64,000 nt of DNA, from positions 93,000,001 through 93,064,000 of the forward strand of contig NC_086106.1 in assembly GCF_963921235.1 (NCBI RefSeq), read 5' to 3'. The notes beneath the pieces were generated by a model. The model had not been told where the DNA came from, made no database searches, and saw nothing but the letters and a program-made list of their open reading frames with translations. The first letter of the stretch is position 1. Every line of letters starts with the position of its first letter. The stretch comes from Mobula hypostoma (Eukaryota). Below, piece by piece: positions 40,608 through 52,626 of this stretch. The translations under genes and the position numbers were made by a program.

Positions 40608-42560
40608 CTTTCCTGTTACCACCGATACGAGCCTATATGGACGATATAACAATACTGAAGACAACTGTCCCCTGCACCAAGAGGCTTCTGGAAAAGCTTC
40701 ATCAAAACATCACATGGATGAGGATGAATATCAAGCCCAACAAGTGCAGAAGCATCTCCATTGTCAAAGGTCAAGTCACGAATAGAAGATTTCAGATTGA
40801 CAGAACACCTGTCCCAACTGTTTCAGAAATGCCAGTGAAGAGCTTGGGCCAATGGAGATGCTTCTGCACTTGTTGGTATGATGCTAAGCTCAAGGCCACT
40901 GAGCAGTTTAAAAAACTAAAAAAGGATACCATCATGTACATAGCTCGCATCAACAAGACCTGGCTGCCAGGAAAACTCAAGCTGTGGTGCTTCCAGTTCG
41001 GCATACTCCAAGACTCATGTGGCCTTTAACAGTGTGTGAAATCCCCATCAGCAAGGTTGAAAAGCTCAAAAGAATGATCAGCACACATGTAAAACAGTGG
41101 CTTGGACTTCCACGATGCATAAGTCCTGTTGGAATGTATGGGAACAGCAAATTGGAATTACCAGTTGCAAGTCTTATGGAAGAATTAAAGTACAGCAAAG
41201 CAAGATAGGTCATGACCCTCACTGAATCCGAAGATGCTGTTATTTGAACAGTGGCCCCCCCCCCCCCCCGTGTGGCAAAGGGGAGGAAGTGGACTCCATC
41301 TGAAGCCGTTCAGAGTGCTAAGTCTGCTCTTCGCTTCAGGGATGTGGTTGGCCAAGTCCAACATGGGAGAGCTGGGCTCGGGCTTGTCCCAAAGGGTCCT
41401 CAGTGGCACAAGGCAACATCAGTGCAGAAGAGACGGCTCGTGGTGGAGGAGGTGAGAAGACAGGAGGAGGCAGAGTGAAACGCCAGGGTCGTCTCAATGG
41501 CCAAGCAGGGCCAATGGACTAATTGGGAGAGTCTGGAAAAGAGAAAACTTAGCTGGCCTGACATCTGGGAGATGGAGGGATCTCGGCTAAGTTTTGTCAT
41601 CAGAGCCACTTATGACCTCCTACCCACACCCCAGAACCTGAACCAGTGGTGGGGAGAAGACCCCGCTTGCTCTCTTTGTCAAGCACCCGGATCACTAAGG
41701 CACATTTTAACAGGATGCACCACGAGCCTCACCCAGGGCCGGTACACTTGACGGCATAACCAAGTTCTCAGACAGCTGACATCAATCTTGGAACAATGGC
41801 CAATCACCACAAATGCCCTCCCACAAACATCGGCGGGAAATGTCCTTATCACGCGATTTGTACCAGCAGGCCAACCCCTAGAGCACCATATAACATCAAA
41901 AGATGTAAGCATTCTGCAGGTCGCTCAGGATTGGAAAATGGACGTGGACTTGGAAAAAAAGCTTGTGTTTCCCCCAGACATTGCGGCTACAACACTCCGG
42001 CCAGACATGGACCTGTGGTCCATAACAGCCAAGCTGGCATATGTTGTGGAATTGACAGTACCATGGGAAGATGGTGTCGAAGAAGCTTATGAGAGGAAAA
42101 AGACCAAGTACTCTGAACTGGCAACTGAAGCTGCCCAGAATAGCTGGAAGACCAAGATTTTCCCTGTAGATTTGAGTGCAGGGGATTTGTTGCTACATCT
42201 GCGATCAATCTATTGAGGAAGATGGGGGTGAGAGGTCACTCTCTCCAACAAGCAATCAAGTCCTTGTCAAATGCAGCAGAAGAAAGCAGCAATTGGATTT
42301 GGATTAAAAGAAAAGGTAACAACTGGGCTGCAAGCTGAAGACAAGAGGGTATGGAACTGAGGTTGGTATATCTGGGTCGTCAGGTAGCACCGTTGAGCCC
42401 TCTGGAGACGTCGTGGGCTTATCAACAAAACATCAAAGAAGGAGGGTGCCCACCTGATGACCCTGATGACGTACCTACCCTCCCTCCTTGTCACCACTCC
42501 AAACCCACTGCCAACATCGAGAGTGCCGACTTGCCATAGGGATTGAAACATCAAGTCCTA
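40608..42560 (+). mobile_element. Non-LTR retrotransposon with restriction-like endonuclease (HERO/NeSL, R2 group), 5'-truncated
   Basis: LPPIRAYMDDIT (RT); LPGKLKLWCFQFG; RATYDLLPTPQNL; CCHC finger CSLCQAPGSLRHILTGC; RYT*RHNQVL; RLE motif TTLRPDMDLWS..VVELTVPWEDG..AYERKKTKY. A few stops (~41245, 41476, 41749) and frameshifts (~41010, ~42170). Confidence 0.92.
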
Positions 42561-42703
42561 GTAGCCCTGCTCAGCTCCTCCAGAAAATAAATCCCACAAA
42601 GATAATGATTATAGCTTTTATAAGAGTAAACCAAACAGAGAAGATTTGCAAGATAAGAATCAATGTCACACAAAGGGTGATACACAGACATTAACAGAGT
42701 GAC

Positions 42704-43015
42704 ATGAGAACACAAGAATACAAGGAACAGGAGTAGAAGATGGTTATATAGTCTTTCAAGCCTGCTCCACCTTTCAATAAAGTCATTACTGATCAGTTTT
42801 TGGCATTATCTCTACTCCGAAATCATTGACTCTCTGAAGAGCAAAAATATTTCATCCTTTTACATGCTCAATAATTTATCCTCCACAGTTTACTGGGGGT
42901 TGATGATTGTATTGCCTTTTTTTTCCTTTTTGGAGTTTCATGGCTGTCTGGAGGAGAAGAATTTCAGAGTTGTATACTTGGATAATAAATGAACCTTTGA
43001 ACCTTTGAACTCCAA
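42704..43015. mobile_element. CR1 3' remnant (minus, ~42704-42885) adjoining a Rex1-type 3' tail (plus, ~42890-43010)
   Basis: caagaatacaaggaacaggagtag..ttcaagcctgctccacc is a CR1 tail. The second part ends AATAAAT(GAACCTTT)x2. Confidence 0.65.
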
Positions 43016-43429
43016 GGATACAAGACCAATTGAAGGGAATTCCTCCTCTGGCTGCTGGAAGATTTGAACCCACACAGTGAAGCAGTAGGTAAATGGAAGG
43101 GCATCCTTTTTGCTTGAGGAGAGGAGTGATCTGAACATATCTCTCTGTTATTTATTATGGCTATGCAGACATGGTTCATTCGTTCAATTGGGTCTTCCCC
43201 ATTGTGCATTCCATTAAATTCTTTGGGATTTGTTTTGGTTTGCTGTCCAGTGTGCTCAGTACACCTCTCAGAGAGTCACTGAGAGAAAACAAACCCTTCC
43301 TCCCATCAAGTCTGCACCTCTCATCAACCACTTATTTTGCACTTACCCTACATGAGCCCTTTCTTTAATTCTCCGCACTTCATATCAACTCCGCTTAACT
43401 TTCCCTCACTCACCCACACATCAGGGGTA

Positions 43430-43585
43430 ACTAGCCTTTCCAATGCACTTGCCTTTGGGATGTGGGATGAAACTGGAGTTCCCAGAGGAAACAAACACCG
43501 TTTCAGGGAGAACATTTCAACACCACACGGACAAAATGAACCTTGGGCTCCAGCGGTGTGAAGTAGTAGATCTATGAGCTGTGTC
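43430..43585 (-). mobile_element. Degraded V-SINE
   Basis: ctttgggatgtgggatgaaactggagttcccagaggaaac..gggagaac..caacaccacac is the reverse complement of a V-domain-like core. Confidence 0.6.
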
Positions 43586-43999
43586 CTTTAACATGCACCC
43601 CTCTAACCTATTTTGTTCATGTCTCAGTGACAATGGCTGAGCAGGCGACGTGATGCACTTTGGTGAATATTTTCACAATCATCATCATTATTTTCCCCTT
43701 CTCCTGCTCTCCCGTTACCCTTTCCCCTGACCCTTCGTGTTTCTCCTCCAGCCTCTGCTCTGATTCATGCTGCGCTGGCGGGGGGCGGTGCGGGGGGAAG
43801 CAGAGAAGATTCAGCAGAGTCCACAAAACAAAATACAAAAGACAGCTGCACTTACAAGCTGTGTCAACTCATATTCATGGAGAAGCATATGGTATGATGG
43901 TGTCAATGAAAAGACTCTCACTCCTCACCAAGTATTGTACAAGATGTGAATGAGTTTGCATAGATAGTTTTATTTTTTTACATTGTTCTGAAGGGTTCT

Positions 44000-44470
44000 C
44001 AAATTCAGAATTGTGTTTATTATCACTGACCGATACGATGTGAAACGTGCAGTTTAGTGGCAGCAGTAAAAAGTGAAGGCATAAAATTATGATGAATTAC
44101 AAAAATATAGTGCAAGAATAAAGACAGCCTCCTTCTTGAAGATAACCTCTAAGGTGCAGAAGGATCTGCCCATGTTGGAGCTGGCTGAGACCACAACCCT
44201 TTGGAGGCTCCAATGCACCTCAGCTTCCAGTCAGAATGCTCTCCACCGAACTCCTAATGAAGTGGCGCCACTAGCATTCCTTGTTCATGATTCCATGAAC
44301 ATGTTGAGACTAGGATAGATAGTCAAAGCTGTTGACACATAAGAACTTGAAGCTGTTCATCTTTCCACTTCTAACCCCCTCAATAAGGAGTAGTGTTTAT
44401 TCCCCTGACTCCCACTTCTTGAAGTCCACATTCAGTTCTTTGACCTTGCTGACGTTGAATGGTGACAATG
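44000..44470 (-). mobile_element. Rex1-type LINE fragments with deletions
   Basis: ATTCTG-type tail near 44005. Reverse complement of 44330-44460 gives FNVSKVKELNVDFKK...FKFLCVN. Confidence 0.65.
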
Positions 44471-44507
44471 AGTTTTTACATTAGTATCTGTGAAATAGCT
44501 TATCTGT

Positions 44508-44814
44508 GTGGGCACATGGCCAAGTGGTTAAGGCATTTGACTAGCGACCTGAAGGTCATGAGTTCGAGCCCCAGCCAAGGCAGCGTGTTGTGTCCTTGAA
44601 CAAGGCATTTAACCACACAGTGCTCTGCGACAACACTGGTGCAAAGCTGCATCAGCACTTGCCCTTCCCTTGGACTACGTAGGTGTCGTGGAGAGGGGAG
44701 ACTTGCAGCATGGTCTTCCATACAACCTTGCCCAGGCCTGTGACCTGGAGAGTGAAGACTTTCCAGGTGCAGATCCATGGTCTCGCAAGACTAACGGATG
44801 CCTTAAAAAAAAAT
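44508..44814 (+). mobile_element. tRNA-headed SINE with CORE-like centre and RTE-like tail, full length
   Basis: A box TGGCCAAGTGG (44517-44527), B box GAGTTCGAGCC (44560-44570), TGTGTCCTTGAACAAGGCATTTAACC (44589-44614), A-tail, 9-bp TSD CTTATCTGT (44499-44507 / 44815-44823). Confidence 0.88.
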
Positions 44815-45764
44815 CTTATCTGTAAAATGTTTGCCTACCCAAGTACTTCATGCTTACTTGAAATTATATTGATTTTTCTTTGCAACTGATCTGGACTACA
44901 CTTGATACATAGTAGCAATGGTGATAGGCATAGCTACGTAAAGCAATTTTTGCTTTGCGGATGAGTATCTTGGAATTACTATTATTAGAAAATTACCCAA
45001 AGACTGTGTGCATGATGACTTCCGGGCCTGTTCTGTCACTAACGAGAGCTCCTGAACACATAATGGAAATGTTGCAGTAAAATGAGTTTGGAGAAGGATG
45101 TGAAATAAGCCTTAGCTGTAACACCTCCTACTGTGACAGAGGTAACAGCATTTTTTTACCTGAACAGAACGAACAGAACAGAGTATTAATTACAAGTAGA
45201 TACTTTAAGAACATTTTGTCAATACTTTGAGGTAAAATATTAACAGGAGAAAGCAGGAGGCTGGTGAATTTCATAATCAATGAAGAACAATGGTGTAAAA
45301 ATTCACCAAAGGTTGTGAGTTTCATGCAATTACACAAGAAATAATCAGAGTGAGACTTGTGTTTCTGAATGCATAACTGAGGGTGTAAGAGAGATTGCTT
45401 CTAAAAACTAACTTGATCTTTGAGAAAACAGATGAGATTTGTCGTGGAGCAGAAAGCTTGGAGATCTAACTTTAAGTAATTAGTGAGTCAACAGGACAGA
45501 ATTTGAGCGTAGTACATAAACTTGAGGAATTCTCCAGGTGTAACAGAACAAGGCTGCAAGCCAAAACTAAGAGAACCCCAAGGACCTGAGGGTATTAAAA
45601 CTGTGAGAGGAAACATGAGTTTCACAGAAGAGAATCGTGTTCTGCTATTGTCAAAATTTATAACAAGGACAAAATAAAATGGAAAAATCATCTGTGCCTG
45701 AACGGAGAGTCACAATAATTGATGGTGAATGGAAACAGTATTTGTTATTAATGAGGTCAGTGCT

Positions 45765-45995
45765 TTTGATTTAAAAAGTAAAAAAGGTAAAATGTAAATT
45801 TACTATCAAAGTACATAAATGTTATGATATAGAACCTTGAGATTTGTTTTCTTGTGGGCATACTCTGAAACTCCAAGAACCACAATGGAATCGATGAAAG
45901 GCTGCACCCTACAGGATGGGCAAACAACCAAAATGCCACAGACAACAAGATACACAAATACAAAAGAAAAAAGAAATAATAATAATAAGAAGGAG
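45765..45995 (-). mobile_element. Rex1-type 3' UTR fragment
   Basis: Reverse complement matches the 3' UTRs at 15450-15640 and 50070-50280. Confidence 0.75.
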
Positions 45996-46024
45996 GCATC
46001 ATAAAACACAAGATTTTATGATTG

Positions 46025-46450
46025 TGGGTGCTGAAGATGCAGAGTAACGCATACATAAAATGCTGGAGGAACACAGCAGGACAGGGAACATCTATGGAGA
46101 GGAATAAAGCAACAACCTTTTGAGCCAAGCTCCGAAAGGAAAGGGGAAAAGATGCCAGAATAAGAAGATGGGGAAGGGGATGGATTACAAGCTAGAAGGT
46201 GATAGGTGAAACTAGGCGAAGGGTAAGGTGCTGCAGGTGAGTGGGTGAGAAGCTGAAAGGTGATAGGTGGAAAAGGTAAAAGGCTGAAGAAGAAGGAATT
46301 TGATAGGAAAGGTGAGTGGACCATGGGAGAAAGGGGAGGAGGAGGGGGAGCAGCACCAAAGGGAGGTGATAGGCAAGTGAGGAGAAGAGAAAAGGTAAGA
46401 GGGGAGCCAGAATGAGGAATGGAAGAAAAAGAGAGGAGGTGGAGGGGGAT
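46025..46450 (-). repeat. PLE terminal repeat (solo)
   Basis: aaaatgctggaggaacacagcaggacagggaacatctatggagagg followed by a purine-rich tract like 16780-17000. The hammerhead segment is largely deleted. Confidence 0.75.
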
Positions 46451-47644
46451 AAACTCTAGCTATGAGTAGTCCCTGAGCACTTGAAAAATATCTAGTAAAG
46501 GGGAGCATTTTTCACTGCCAGTGATAGATGTAGCTGTACGTATGTATGTAAGTTTTCATGAATCTAAATGTTCCAATTGTTTTTTTTTAATGTGAGTTTT
46601 CCTGAACAGTTATTATATTTAGCTGTCTTCTTCATTTTGGAGTTACTGTTGGAAATATATTTTGTACCAGTTCTATGCCAGATGTTTTCCGAAGGGAAAT
46701 GCATACGTTGGTGGAAGGATATCAGGGAGTAAAGTCTGTGCCAAACAGTATGTGGCTTTAGGTTTGGAGAAAAACTGGAATAAGAAATACAAGAATATGA
46801 TAAACATTTTGATGCAATTCCTCAAAAGTGCAGTGAGGATGGAATTATGCTAAATAAAGATAAACTCAGGAATCAAAATATTCCTTTTCTTGGGCATACT
46901 GTTACGTAGACCTGCATAGATCCAGCTAAATTTAAACCAGCTTTGGAGATGTTCACTTGGAACAATGTGGCATGGATCTAATGTATACCATTGTCTGAAT
47001 AAGTTTCTTCCACACTATCTATCATCAATGTGTTCAGAAATTTAACAAAAGTAGCAGCAATATGGTTTGGTGTAGACATCAGGTATGATCACTGACAAGC
47101 TGGTTCTTGGATATCATATCCATAAGGTAAAGTTTTAAAATTTTCTAAATCTCAGTATTGACTTGGAATTTACAATGTGCTGCATCTTAGTATTACTCAA
47201 AGGCAACAATGATGCAGTATTGACAATGATTTGTCTAAACCAGAAGGACATCAAAGGAAATAAAGATGGGATGAGTATAATCAAGAAAGTACTCTTGTAC
47301 GTATTTATTTCTGATCAATGCCTTGGATGTGTAGAATGTAGTGAATGTTAATACAGTTTATTGATTACTGGAAACAACTTTTCTCTCATCCTAAGTAATG
47401 CAACCAAGAAACTTCAGAAAATACTATTGAAGGAACTTGTATAGTGATGAACATGAAAGAATTATGTAAGATTGAGGGATATTCTAATATATAGATCTTA
47501 GTGGTTCTACCTGGTTCACATTAGTCCAAAACAAGATATAATAACTTAAACAACAATTTTGGTTGTTACCCACTAACATAATTGTGCTTTATTAAGTTCA
47601 AGTTTTAATATAAGATTAAATGCACCAGATCAGATTGAAAATGT

Positions 47645-47995
47645 CAGGGTGTCAGGGCCAGAGGCAAGGGATAAGTCAGATCAGCTTGCTGCTCCATGAG
47701 GTTTCTTTCTTTCTGTGCTGAACTGAAGCTGTGGCTTGCAACTAATGGGCTTCTGCAATGGCTGCTGGCTTCATGGCTGTGGATACACTTTCTGAGTGCT
47801 ATTTTGATTCCTATTTTCTTACGTTTATTGCTTGCATGATTTGTTTTTTTCTGCATATTGGGTGTTTGCCGGCCTTTTTTTTTAATTGAGTTCTATTGGA
47901 TTTCTTTCTTTTGTGGCTACCTGCAAGGAAACAAATCTCAAGGTATATAATACACATACTTTATTAATAAATGTATTTTGAACTTTGATCTTTGA
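47645..47995 (+). mobile_element. Non-coding element with Rex1-type 3' tail
   Basis: 3' block ttttgtggctacctgcaaggaaacaaatctcaagg..AATAAA..TTTGAAC shared with 10361-10697. Confidence 0.65.
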
Positions 47996-47999
47996 AGTG

Positions 48000-48725
48000 T
48001 AATTACCATTCAATTATACATAAATATAACTAAACAAAACAACTTTTCTCCAGGGCCAAGGTGCAAAACACATTAAATAGCACACAGCACTCTGCACATA
48101 GCACGTATGGTTATGATAGCAGAAATATAATCAGAAAGAGAAAAAATATACATAGCCCAAGACCCTGAGTGACATGGTCTTTAGATTGAGGGTAGATTAA
48201 TTAGCCTGTTTTTCCACCAAGCGAACACTGGAGGGCAGCACCAATGAAAGGGCTCAGCTTCCACCCTCCCACCCCCCACCAGCCCAGTACGGATTCCAGC
48301 ACACCGACAAAGGCCTCTGATCTCTCTCCAACCACCTCAGGCATCTCCTCCTCTGGTCAACTTCAACAGGTGCCCTTGCAGCATGAGGGGCTGGTCTACC
48401 TCACAACTGAGGTGGAACAGCTCCCCTGCAATCTGTCTCGCCAATGAACCAGTGAGCTGACTTACAGTATTTTACATTACCAATGTTCAACAGGGCCTTA
48501 CGACCACAATAAAAACGCTCAAGACAATCGCCCATGTTGCTTGGTGCAACAACAGTACGCAACAAGTCCAGCTTCATTACTATCAAGCAACTCACTGATG
48601 AGTCAGTCCAGCAGTACTTGATGTTCTTAGTATCCAGCAGTGAATTTCAATCATAAAAACGACGTAAAGGACAAACAACTACACCTTTTGCTGTGGCCTT
48701 TGCATCTGAGTGTGCCACCATCTTA
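48000..48725 (-). mobile_element. Non-autonomous element (family shared with 56540-56715)
   Basis: ctccagggccaaggtgcaaaacaca..cacagcac occurs at ~48048 and ~56607. The minus strand starts with AAGATGGTGGCAC (~48712-48724). Confidence 0.6.
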
Positions 48726-48984
48726 CCAGAAACTTATAGTGTTTGTACTTACTTCAGTTAAGCAATATTTTTTTAAGGGGAAATATAAAAAGGGATCTAT
48801 TAACAGACTAAGTAAATTTGTCACTTGAATGAGCTCATTTATTTATATTGTTCCATGGAGTTCTTCAGAATCTTCCTTTGAAAGAAGTTTGTAAAATGTT
48901 TGTCTCCCCAAATTTTATGCAGTTACTTGATTGTTATTATAAATAAGTTACATTTGTCACAAACTTCAACCATGATTATAATTA

Positions 48985-49240
48985 AAGTTCAAATTTCAAG
49001 GTAAATTTATTATCAAAGTTTCTATATCATATGCAACCTTGAGATTAATTTTTTTGCAGGCACCCATAGAAAATTAAAGAAATCCATGAAAAACAATCCA
49101 TAATAAAGTAAGTCTTCAGGCTGTGGAGTTAGTTCAGTGCTGAGGCAAGTGAAACCATCCACACCAGTCTAGGAACCTGATGGTGTCGGGCAACAGCTCT
49201 TCCTGAACGTGATGCCATGGGACCCGAGACTCCTGCACCT
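48985..49240 (-). mobile_element. Rex1-type 3' fragment
   Basis: aaagttcaaa..taaatttattatcaaag tail and ggaacctgatgg..aacagctcttcctgaac C-terminal coding remnant. Confidence 0.6.
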
Positions 49241-49789
49241 CCAGCCAAATGACAGTACCAAGGAGAGAGGGAGGATGGTCAAACTCTGGCAGACAGGGTG
49301 GGCTCAGGTGAGGGATCTTGACTGGCACAGAGGAGTGGGGCCGAACATCGAATTGTTTTTCACTCGTGACCCTCATTGCTTTAATCTGGCTTGAAGTCCA
49401 CCCTGGCACTGTAGTTTCTGGCAAAGGCCATACCTGCATTCCTGAGAATACTCCATATCAGTTATAAAGAGTAGCCTATATAGTTTACTTTGAACAATAG
49501 TAAGTCATGTACAGTCACAAGGAAACATTATTGTGTGGCAGATTTCTTGTAGCCTTGGCAGGTGGTGGATTGGTCCACTGGCTCCTCTGTCTATGAGGAG
49601 GGAGATTGCCTCCACCAATCTCTTATTGTCTCCTACTTTTGCACAGCCAGTTCAATTCACTTAATATAATATAAAGAAATACCTGTGGACACTGGATTAC
49701 AAAGGCTATCCCACCTGTAGCACTGAAAATCAGTGTCTCTACCAGGCTGTTTCAGGTGAAAATTGCCCAGGTACAGTATTTTGTTAAAA

Positions 49790-50280
49790 TAACCTGCAAG
49801 CACTGTTGCAGGAGAGCAGCATCCATCATCAAGGACCCCCACCCTCTTGACCAGGCTCTCTTCTCACTGCTGCCAACACGAAGAAGGTACAACGGCCTCA
49901 GGACCCACACCACCAGGTTTGGGAACAGTTATTACCCCTCAATCATCAGGCTCTTGAACCAGAGGGTATAACTTCACTCAACTTTTCTCGCCCCATCACT
50001 GAACTGTTCCACAACCTACAGACACACTTTCAAAGGCTCTGCATCTCATGTTCTTGATATTTATTACTTATTGCTTCATTATTATTATTTCTTTTTTTTC
50101 TTCTTGTATTTTCACAGCTTGAATTTTGCACATTGTTTGCCCATCCTATTGGGGGTGACTTTCATTGATTCCATTATGTTTCTCGCATTTTCTCTGAATG
50201 CCCACAAGAAAATGATTCTCAGGGTAGTATATGGTGACACATATGTACTTCGATAATAAATTTACTTTGAACTTTGAAAT
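49790..50280 (+). mobile_element. Rex1-type 3' fragment
   Basis: RRAASIIKDPHP..LFSLLPTRRRY..TTRFGNSYYPSIIRLLN; AATAAA(TTTGAAC) tail. Confidence 0.85.
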
Positions 50281-50439
50281 TCAATCTGGCTAATTACTCT
50301 CTAGTTGGTCCATTCATACTCAGCAGAAAAACAATGGAAGGTGTATTCAATAATGCAATAAAGTGGCACCAACTCTCCAATATTCTTCTCTTCAAAAGTC
50401 TGATTGTTTTTCACCAGTAACGCTCTTTTTCAAGCCTTC

Positions 50440-52450
50440 ACACCCCCTTAACCCAAACATGGAACAAAAACCTGAATTCCAGAATTGAGGCGTCCCTTGA
50501 CAGCAAAGCTACATTTGACCCCACTTGGCATTAAGGAGCTCTGATGAGGTACAAGTTAACTAAGAAGAATACACTCCAATGATTAGAGTCATACCTGCTA
50601 GAAAGGGAGACGTTCATGGTTCCTAAAGATTAATTATACACCCTCGAACCATAGTGCAACTTTTCTTCAGGGTAGTGCCCTGGCCCAAATACCTTTAGCT
50701 ACTCCATCAACAACTTTCTTCTAATATAAAATGGGAAGTGGGAATCTTCATTGACAATTGCACAATATTCAATTCCATCTATGGCTCTCAACAAGCGCAG
50801 TAGTCCATTTCTTAATGCAGCAACATTCATGATAACATTCAGGCACAGGCTGCCAAGCAGCAAGCTCCTACTTTATACTTTATTGTTGCCAAGCAATTGA
50901 TACTAGAACGTACAATCATCACAGTGATATTTAATTCTGCGCTTCCTGCTCCCTGGATTACAAATAGATCGTTAAGTATTTAAAATTTAAATTATAAATC
51001 AGAAATAGAAAATAGAAAAATGGGAAGTAAGGTAGTGCAAAAAAACCGAGAGGCAGGTCCGGATATTTGGAGGGTACGGCCCAGATCCGGGTCAGGATCC
51101 GTTCAGCAGTCTTATCACAGATGGAAAGAAGCTATTCCCAAATCTGGCTGTACGAGTCTTCAAGTTCCTGAGCCTTCTCCCAGAGGGAAGAGGGACGAAA
51201 AGTCTGTTGGCTGGGTAGGTCGTGTCCTTGATTATCCTGGCAGCATTACCCCGACAGTGTGCGGTGTAAAGTGAGTCCAAGGACTGAAGATTGGTTTGTG
51301 TGATGTGCTGCGCCATGTTCACGATCTTATGCAGCTTCTTTCGGTCTTGGACAGGACAACTTCCATACCAGGTTGTGATGCACTCTAGAAGAATGCTTTC
51401 TACGGTGCATCTATAAAAATTAGTGAGGGTTTTAGGGGACAGGCCAAATTTCTTTAGTTTTCTCAGGAAGTAAAGATGTCGGTGGGCCTTCTTGGCAGTG
51501 GACTCTGCTTGGTTGGTCCAAGTCAGGTCATTTGCGATATTGACCCCGAGGAACTTAAAGCTTTTGACCTGTTCCACTTGCGCACCACCGATGTAAATTG
51601 GGTCGTGCGGTCCGCTACTCCTTCTGAAGTCAACAGCCAATTCCTTCATCTTGCTGATGTTGAGGGATAGGTTATTGTCTTCGCACCATGCCACCAGGTT
51701 CTTAATTTCCTCTCTTTACTCAAACTCATCATTATCCGAGATAAGGCCTACAATTGTTGTGTCATCAGCAAACTTATATATTGAGTTTGATGGAAACTTG
51801 GCTACACAATCATGGGTGTACAGTGAGTACAGCAGGGGGCTGAGTACACAGCCTTGTGGGGCACCGGTGATCAGAGTGATTGTAGAGGAGAGCTTGTCCC
51901 CTATTTTTACAGCCTGGGTCCTGTCTGTGAGAAAGTTGAAGATCCAGCTGCAGATCTGAGTGCTAAGGCCCAGATTCCAGAGCTTAGGAATCAGTTTATT
52001 TGGAATGATGGTATTAAAGGCAGAGCTGTAGTCAATGAAAAGGAGCTTTACATATGCCAGGTAAAGGCCAACTCCCACCAGAATAAATCCAACCATCAAA
52101 TTCTTGACTTTCAAGGGCATTTAGCTTGACCATCAACATCCTGAGAGCTAGTATTAACCTGAAACTTAATTGAAAATACAAACCAGAGGACACAAGAAAT
52201 TCAGAGTTCTCAGTTCAAAGGCTGAGAATCATTTTTGGAGAAAGTCGTCTCCTGAAATCCCAACACTTTTCCACTATATACAAGAGTAGCTCAGGAGTGT
52301 GATGGAATGCTCGCCAGTGGACAAGTTCAGTTCAAAAGACATTGAAGATCCCATTTATAACCAAATCTTTCATACCCTCCACTACCATGGTTGAAGTGTT
52401 TACAATCTACAAAATGTACCACAGTTGCTCATTCTCTCACCATCAATGGA
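50440..52450 (+). mobile_element. Old CR1/L2-group LINE RT remnant, split by a Rex1-type insertion
   Basis: LDSKATFDPTWH*GAL (~50495), QGSAL (~50668), FIDNCT (~50747) and, after the insertion, YK..RSVMECSP (~52277-52315). Confidence 0.55.
50869..52057 (-). mobile_element. Young Rex1/Babar-type LINE, 5'-truncated, single premature stop
   Basis: ORFs 51716-52120 and 51092-51694 are in the same frame, separated by TAA at 51716-51718. [58 protein letters not shown]; tail AATAAAGTATAAAGTA. Confidence 0.95.
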
Positions 52451-52626
52451 GGTAGCTGACAGAGAGCTAAGGGTATTGGAAGACTGGCATGTTAAGGTCA
52501 GAAATACTGTCACCATGAGAGAGGACAACAAGCTTGTACTTTGTGAAGTCACTTCCACTCCTCAGCAAGTGAGTGACATCAGGCTGCACGCTCCAGCATG
52601 AATTGAATCAAGCTTATTTAAACAAC

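Noticed and set aside
42395-42435. Hammerhead-like CTGGAGA...AAAACATC in the HERO 3' UTR
   Set aside because: Core deviates (CUGG rather than CUGA, no GAAA) and the region pairs better as a nested stem-loop.
44510-44580. tRNA gene
   Set aside because: Has A and B boxes but no proper acceptor or anticodon stem, and continues into a SINE body with A-tail and TSD.
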